From the NCBI RefSeq assembly GCF_009914755.1, contig NC_060930.1: DNA of 64,000 bases. One strand, given 5' to 3'. Source of the DNA: the human T2T-CHM13v2.0 reference genome, Homo sapiens. Shown here piece after piece: positions 57,191 to 64,000 of the stretch; positions within the stretch are counted from its first letter, which is position 1; each line of letters starts with the position of its first letter. A model generated the notes under the pieces. That model was not told the DNA's origin. It saw nothing but the letters and a program-made list of their open reading frames with translations, and did no database searches. The translations under genes were made by a program, and so were the position numbers.

Positions 57191-58558
57191 CTTCATTTAG
57201 TACTGTCTAATGATGTTTTCATACTGCAAGGAGAAAGCTGAGTATGGACCACAAGGCCAAAAAGATGTCCTCTCTGGCTCTCTACAGCAAAGATTTGCCA
57301 AGCCCTGTTATATGTCATACTACTTGCGCTTCATAATTTTATAGTTTTACCTAGACAGTCTCCCTTTTTTCCTTCCATATTCAGCATAAAATCCCCTTAA
57401 TATCAGTCTCTAGGCAAGCACATTCTTCACAGTCCTTAGAACTGGACCTCCTCTTGTTAATTTCCTTAGTCTAATCACATTCCTCCTGGTTATCTACAAA
57501 CAGAAAGCCAGAAAGGAGGGCTATCAACATCTTAAGCGCCACAAATTAACAAATCAAAACCAAATCTCTCTCTCCCTCCGAAGCCACGGCTAAGGAGGCT
57601 CACTGCCCAGTTAGTGGCTTTCAAACTACCCTTACAAGTGAGACATCTTGTGAATTAGAACAAGTGCTGCTGCTAAAATCCCTAACGGCTACATAGCAAT
57701 GTGAAAAAAGGTATCAAATGTAATTTTCTCAAATTTAATCTTCTTCAATTCTTGGCACAAAAAAAGGAACAGTAAAGGTAGACAACTGTAATTAGCATGT
57801 GTGATCCCAAATCTTTATACCTTAGATACTGGATTATATTTTCAGCAAGTAAATAGTTTCTGGCTCCCAAGATGAGAGGTTAAATAATGCAGGGTGTTTG
57901 TAAACAGCAGCACAATTTACACCGGAAATTAGGGCCCTTTCTCACCGAGGAGAGTACAGCAAAATCTGCTCATCTCTTTCAATGAATACTCTCCATGACT
58001 AGTGCTGGCGGCTGGGAGGCGGAGCAAGCTATCTTTTCTACCAGCCGTGTCACACCCCTCCTAGCACTAACCCCTCCTCCTCAGCCTTTTCACACCTCTA
58101 CCCACTACTAGCCCCTCCCCAGCCCCATCACCTCTTCCCGGGCCCCTCACACCTCTCCCAGCATACTCTTCCCCAGCCTCATCACCTCACCCACTTCCTC
58201 CAAAATCACTGACCTGCTAAGCTTCCAGCAGCAGGCGGGCAAAGCAGGGAGGCTGTAATGCAAAAGTCCGCAGTCCCTACACAAACACTATCTGCTCCTG
58301 CGGAGAAACTCAAGTCACAGCCCCAGAAGTGGAAAGAACAGGCCTTGGCTCTCACCCAGTTAACAAGCGTTTATCCAGCGCACGTGTTGCGGTCGGACCC
58401 CATGCGAAGGAGCTAAGGACACAAAGGTGAGCAGCAGAGACGCGGTTCCAGCTCTCCCCCGGCTCCCACTCCAGCGGGATAGGTAGATAATTTCGGTAAA
58501 TTTCGCCAAGCAGGGGCAGGACAAAGAGTATTTGAAGTCTACCGCGGGGAGAACTTAC

Positions 58559-59030
58559 CTAATCCTTGAATGTTAAAAGGCTAAAAACTCCACTAGTCGG
58601 AAGTGACGTGCCAGCTTAGCCCCGCAGGTCCGCCACGTAATTGGCCGCCGCCACAGCTAGCCACCCTCTCCCCAGACTGGCCCGAAGAGAGGAAAAGTGT
58701 GGAAGTCCACAAGCCGCCCCCGCCCCGCCCTCTTCGTCGACTTTCAGCTGCACCGGGAGGCGGCGGCGCCTGGCCAGAGCCGGGGCCTGGAGCCTGGACT
58801 AGACAGCCTCGCCGGCCGGGGCGCCAGTCCAGCGCCCTGCGGGCAATGGGCTTCAGCGCTCGAGCACGCGCATGCGCGGGCCTGTATCTCCAGAGGATTC
58901 CTCGGGTCACCTGGACGCCAGCATCTCAGCCACCTGCCCCTCTGGGTCCCTTCTTGCCCTTGATTCCCCCTGCTGCTTCTCATCGCCAGCCCTCCTCCTC
59001 CTTCTTCCGCAGGCACCGCTAGACCCGGCC
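58559..59030 (-). ncRNA. HCG18: lncRNA HCG18 first exon (5' end approximate)
   Basis: Minus-strand donor TTAG|gtaagt at 58559/58558 at the edge of the CpG island; known head-to-head arrangement with TRIM39. Confidence 0.65.
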
Positions 59031-59500
59031 GCGGCCGCCCGCCGACACCCCAGCTTCCACTGACACGAGCCTCGGCGCGGCTTCCGCTTCCGGCGAGTAT
59101 TGTGTGTCGCGCCGCGGGGCGGGGGCGAGGGGAGGAGGAAGGAGGGAGGCAGCGCTCCGGCGGCTCCGCGCCCCGCACTCCCGGACCCGAAGCCGGGAAG
59201 GTAGGTGCTGTCCCGCCGCCGCGCCCGAGCCTGGGGCCTGCGCTCGCCGGCCGGCTCCGCAAGCCGCGTCCCAGCGCCCCGCGACTGCGTCACCGGCCCC
59301 CCGCACGTAACCACAGCTGCCTCCGCCCGCCTCGGGCCCGGGCGGACGTTTTGCCGCCCCGGCGACGTCAGCGCGTCCGGCGTTGCTTGGCTACCCCGCC
59401 GTTCCCCCGTCCCGCTGCTGCTCACCTCCCCGGGTGAAACTCTGACGCAGTCACCGCGGGTCTCGGCAGCGTCATAGCGGCGGGCATCCCATCTGCACGT
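58590..59500. promoter_or_regulatory. CpG-island bidirectional promoter (TRIM39 on +, HCG18 on -)
   Basis: Very CpG/GC rich. ETS-CRE CGGAAGTGACGT 58598-58609, GC boxes ~58715-58730, NRF1 GCGCATGCGC 58868-58877, tandem ETS CTTCCGCTTCCGG 59081-59093, CRE-like GACGTCA 59364-59370. Splice donors point outward on both strands. Confidence 0.9.
59080..59200 (+). other. TRIM39: TRIM39 first non-coding exon (5' end approximate)
   Basis: Inside the CpG island; strong donor GGGAAG|gtaggt after 59200. Confidence 0.6.
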
Positions 59501-60731
59501 CACACCTCTTTCTCACCTGGACACGCATCCCTTCCTACCCTGCCAGCCACGACGTTTCCTCTTTCCCCTCTCCAATGCCCCAGCCCCAGATCTGGCGGAA
59601 GAAGATGGAGAACGGGGGTGGGACAGAGTTGTGGACAACCTCTCAGGAGAGGGTCGCAAGGTGGGACCCTGAACAGTGGTAGAAACAAAATGAGATTGTC
59701 CCTGAAGTTTGCCCTTCAGCTGAGACACAAGGAGTAGAGGAAGAGGAAGGACTAACGCAGAGGCACTCAAGGTCTCACTATGACTGTAGTTGAGAGTCCT
59801 CTCCCTTCTTCCCTAACCCTTTCCCCATTTCTCTCACCACTTCTTTGCCAGTCTAGATCCGTCCTGGTGCCTTACTGTGCATACAGTTCTACTCGTCTCA
59901 GGTGAGGAGGCCACTTAATTTGTAAAAGACTGAGGAAGGGGTAGGATCACCACAAGTCAAAGTTGGATTCCCACAGATAGAAATCATCTGACTGAACTTC
60001 TCTCCTATTGCTGACAGAAGAAATTCAAATCCAAAGAAGTTATCAGTTCCTACTCCAAATCAAACACATTTGTGTGTGCCAACAATATATACAGGAACAA
60101 TTGTTGTTAACCTACCTCATTACATGGCCACTTATCTCTCAGCACATAGATCTACCAAATTTCCTTCCTTCCAGTAGGTCCCTGGAGAAGGATGGGGGTC
60201 GGGAGGAGAAAAGGTTATGGGGATAGTTAAATCAACTTACCCATGGCTAAAAGTATGGATGTTTTAAGGATGGAGTAGGGGGCCAGCCTTGTGTTTTATA
60301 AATCTCTCCTATGCATTTCCAATTCTTCTGAGGCTGCGCTTGAGGGAGATCTCATTGCCTCTTTTGTGTCTCTTAATTCGCAACCACTCCAGGACCTATA
60401 AGTTGGAGACACACTATGCCCAGGGTGTTAGTTATCAATAGCTATATTGAAAGATTCCAGTCACTACAAATAGACTCGTTGCTCTCTTTTCAAGAAGTTG
60501 TTGGCCTGAGCTCAGCAATATTTAATATGGTTGCCATAATTTATCAGTTTTCAGCAGTTCTGAGTGTCCAGATGAACACAAGAGAAATGGAATGTTGCGT
60601 GAAATGTCATTCCAAGAAGAGAGCAGATTTCCTTTAGGCTAGTCTGATGGATAAAAGGAAGAATAATTTCAGATTTTCCTGAAAAGAGGAGGTTGCCTTT
60701 GCCTCATTCATTCCATTTGTTAGCCTTTAGA

Positions 60732-60950
60732 GCAGTGGTATCTAACCCTTTCAATATGAGGACTCTCTTTGCTTATCTGTGGTGGCTGATAAAAATTATG
60801 CATGGACCTTCTGTGGTGGTGATAGAACAAAAGTTATGCATGGACTTTTTTTTTTTTAAGCTTATCAGCTGTCATTAGTGTCAATGTATTTTATGTCTGG
60901 CCCAAGACACTTCTTCCAGTGGGCCCAGGGAAGCCAAAAGGTTGGATATT
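60732..60950. mobile_element. MER30-like MITE
   Basis: tggcccaagacacttcttccagtgggcccagggaagccaaaaggttgga. Confidence 0.65.
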
Positions 60951-61094
60951 GTGATTTAGAAGAATGAGAGAACAGTGTCAGAGAATCAAGCTTAGACTCC
61001 AGTGGATTAATCATAAAGCTCTTATAACATTAAACTTTAAAATATGGTTAATTTAAGAAATGTTAATATTTTTATGACATTTTTTACTTCTCAG

Positions 61095-61247
61095 ATTCCT
61101 TTCTTGTCTGTTAGAAACGTATGTCAAACGAGGATACAGTGTCTGGAACTATTGGTTCTAAGATATAAGTGGAATGAGCCTGGATCAGGAGAAGTATGCT
61201 GAGCTAGAGTTGAAGGAAGCTTCTCTTTCTAACAAGAGAAAGCAGAG
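61095..61247 (+). other. TRIM39: TRIM39 5'UTR exon containing uORFs
   Basis: tttttacttctcag|ATT acceptor and CAGAG|gtaaga donor, just upstream of the first coding exon. Confidence 0.75.
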
Positions 61248-61523
61248 GTAAGAGACAAGATAGATCAATTGGGGGTTGTGTGTCAGTTTACTAACAAGAA
61301 AAAAAAGGTTGATGGCTGGGAGTCACAAGTTTTGAAAATGGAGAAACAAAGAGGTTGAATTGATTGGAAGAGAAGATGGAGAATAACAAGAAGGGGCAAA
61401 TCTGGAGTTAGGACTTAACATAGGGATAAATGTCGGGTCAGGGATGCAAAAAAAAAAAAAAGAAAAAACCTCCAATTAATATTTTTATTTTCTCTGTCCT
61501 CTTCCCCACTCCCAAGTTAAATT

Positions 61524-61976
61524 ATGGCAGAGACAAGTCTGTTAGAGGCTGGGGCCTCTGCAGCCTCTACAGCTGCGGCTTTGGAGAACTTACAGGTGGA
61601 GGCGAGCTGCTCTGTGTGCCTGGAGTATCTGAAGGAACCTGTCATCATTGAGTGTGGGCACAACTTCTGCAAAGCTTGCATCACCCGCTGGTGGGAGGAC
61701 CTAGAGAGGGACTTCCCTTGTCCTGTCTGTCGAAAGACATCCCGCTACCGCAGTCTCCGACCTAATCGGCAACTAGGCAGTATGGTGGAAATTGCCAAGC
61801 AGCTCCAGGCCGTCAAGCGGAAGATCCGGGATGAGAGCCTCTGCCCCCAACACCATGAGGCCCTCAGCCTTTTCTGTTATGAGGACCAGGAGGCTGTATG
61901 CTTGATATGTGCAATTTCCCACACCCACCGGGCCCACACCGTTGTGCCACTGGACGATGCTACACAGGAGTACAAG
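61524..61976 (+). CDS. TRIM39: TRIM39 first coding exon (RING finger + B-box2)
   Basis: MAETSLLEAGASAAS...CSVCLEYLKEPVIIECGHNFCKAC...CPVC (C3HC4 RING) and CPQHHEALSLFCYEDQEAVCLICAISHTH (B-box). Acceptor cccaag|ttaaatt at 61517; phase-0 donor TACAAG|gtgggg after 61976. The ORF-track tail beyond ...QEYK is intron read-through. Confidence 0.97.
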
Positions 61977-62986
61977 GTGGGGAAGCAGACACACGATGTC
62001 AGTGTGGGTAAAAAGGGAGAAGCGGCAGAGGATGAGATACTCCCTAGGTAGAGATCGTAAGCTCCTACTACTCACTTTGTATTCTCAGAGCTGCATATGC
62101 AGGGGCACACAGTATGTGTGATCAGTTGTCCTCTAGCCTGAAAAAGAGCAATGGTGAGAAGTGCCCTAAAATTTCTCTCTGACTTTTGCAATACATGTGA
62201 GTCTTATGGGTGAATATTGGTATGTGTGGTCATATTTTTCATAAATGAATGAAACCACATGGAAAAGATTAAACTTAGGAAGAACTGAAAAGTAGTCTGG
62301 TTTCTTCATTCTGCCTGCCTGCTCAGAATGCTCCTTGTTTTCACACTGGTTATTGGGCATAGGTAATATCGCTTGAGACTGATACCTACCGGACTAAGCT
62401 GAACCATTCAATTGTTTGCAGCTTCTCTAGGTAATGGGTAACATGGCATATCATTTAACTTACTGCTGAGACAAAGGAAAATGTTTGAATAAAGGGAACA
62501 GAGATATGAATGTGTTAGCATTTTATCATATACTTTGCTTAGTTATGTTACTCTTGAAAACAAGATTTCAGGTAACTTACAGTATAATAACCATGTTTTT
62601 ATTGTAGGTGGACAGAGGTGGATGGGAGGACAGGTTTAAAGAGAGATATTAGGGTACAGAAGGTTGCTTGGATGGTAATAGGCAGTTGCCTCAGTAAGAA
62701 AATGGAAAGAGTTGAGAAAGGACACAGAGTTGATGACAGCTATCTCAGATTCAGTAAAAGGACAGTTGGGTGAGCAGAGAAGGTGATGTGGACAGGCTAG
62801 TGGCAGGAGGAGGGACTGTAGAAAGTTGACATCCCAAATGACAGGCAAGGAAGGAAGTCAGATCAAGAGGCAGTAAGATGGCTAGGAAGCAAATAAATGG
62901 TTTAAAACAAATGGTTTAATCTCTGAATGGTAGGTATACCAGTCAACCCCAAATGTCACCTCTCCCACTTCCTCCCTACCCCTCAG

Positions 62987-63082
62987 GAAAAACTGCAGAA
63001 GTGTCTGGAGCCCCTGGAACAGAAGCTGCAGGAGATCACTCGCTGCAAGTCCTCTGAGGAGAAGAAGCCTGGTGAGCTCAAG
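62987..63082 (+). CDS. TRIM39: TRIM39 96-bp coiled-coil exon (EKLQKCLEPLEQKLQEITRCKSSEEKKPGELK)
   Basis: cctcag|GAAAAA acceptor and CTCAAG|gtaaag donor; 96-nt phase 0-0 exon typical of TRIM/B30.2 genes. Confidence 0.95.
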
Positions 63083-63156
63083 GTAAAGGCAGGCAATCCC
63101 ATGTAGGCTGCTCTGAAGGGTATTTGCCTATGAGGGAATTAACTGTACACTATTTA

Positions 63157-63573
<417 letters not shown>

Positions 63574-64000
63574 TTAAATTACTTGTCATGAATTAAGTAT
63601 TAAGAGGGATTTAAGAGATGAAGAACAGACAGAATATCTTACATCTGGTGAGCTGAGAGAGTTCGTGCCTCTTGGTCTCCTTTTTTTGTTAAAGCAGCAA
63701 AGGAGGCTTTCTGCTGAGAAGGCAGGGATGGGAGTTTCTTAGAGGACTTGAAGAGAGGAGAATATGGAAGATTCACTGGGGAGAAAGGGAAAAGGAGCTG
63801 ACCAAGAGTCTCAGAAGAACTATCTAATGACATTAGGACCACATTCTTAAAACTCAAGTAAGCTTACATATGCTAGAATGTTCTCCCCCTCCCCATCCTC
63901 CACCATAGGATCTTATTCATCTCTCAGGCGGGATGAAAGCCACTTCCTATGCAGCCTTTCCTGACCCTTCAGAAATTAACATTCTTAATTTTCATACAAT

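Noticed and set aside
58593-59770. Many long overlapping ORFs on both strands
   Set aside because: Low stop-codon frequency in a GC-rich CpG island; Pro/Arg/Gly-rich with no domain.
61977-62051. C-terminal extension of the 175-aa TRIM39 ORF
   Set aside because: Read-through past the splice donor into the intron.

Overview
Human (primate) genomic DNA from the MHC class I region on chr6p22. It is recognised from the TRIM39 protein sequence; HCG18/HCG17 context is from my recollection of the locus. The right end holds a CpG-island bidirectional promoter (~58590-59500), the TRIM39 5'UTR exons and its first two coding exons (RING, B-box, start of coiled coil). Minus-strand exons with canonical splice sites fit the lncRNA HCG18. 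Much of the rest is repeats: L1, Alu, a full-length MaLR MST element, an ERV-L pro/pol relic, nested ERV1 LTRs and hAT/Tigger DNA transposons. The main hidden signals are two gene fossils in the unique DNA. (1) A very divergent MHC class I alpha-2 exon relic on the minus strand (~21094-21333). (2) A multi-exon TRIM10/15/26/39-type pseudogene on the plus strand, with a RING+B-box exon at 26662-27117 and a B30.2/SPRY C-terminus at ~36601-36804, antisense to HCG18. A TRIM39 uORF stops in frame one codon before the main ATG. All alignments were done by eye and repeat subfamily names are from memory.
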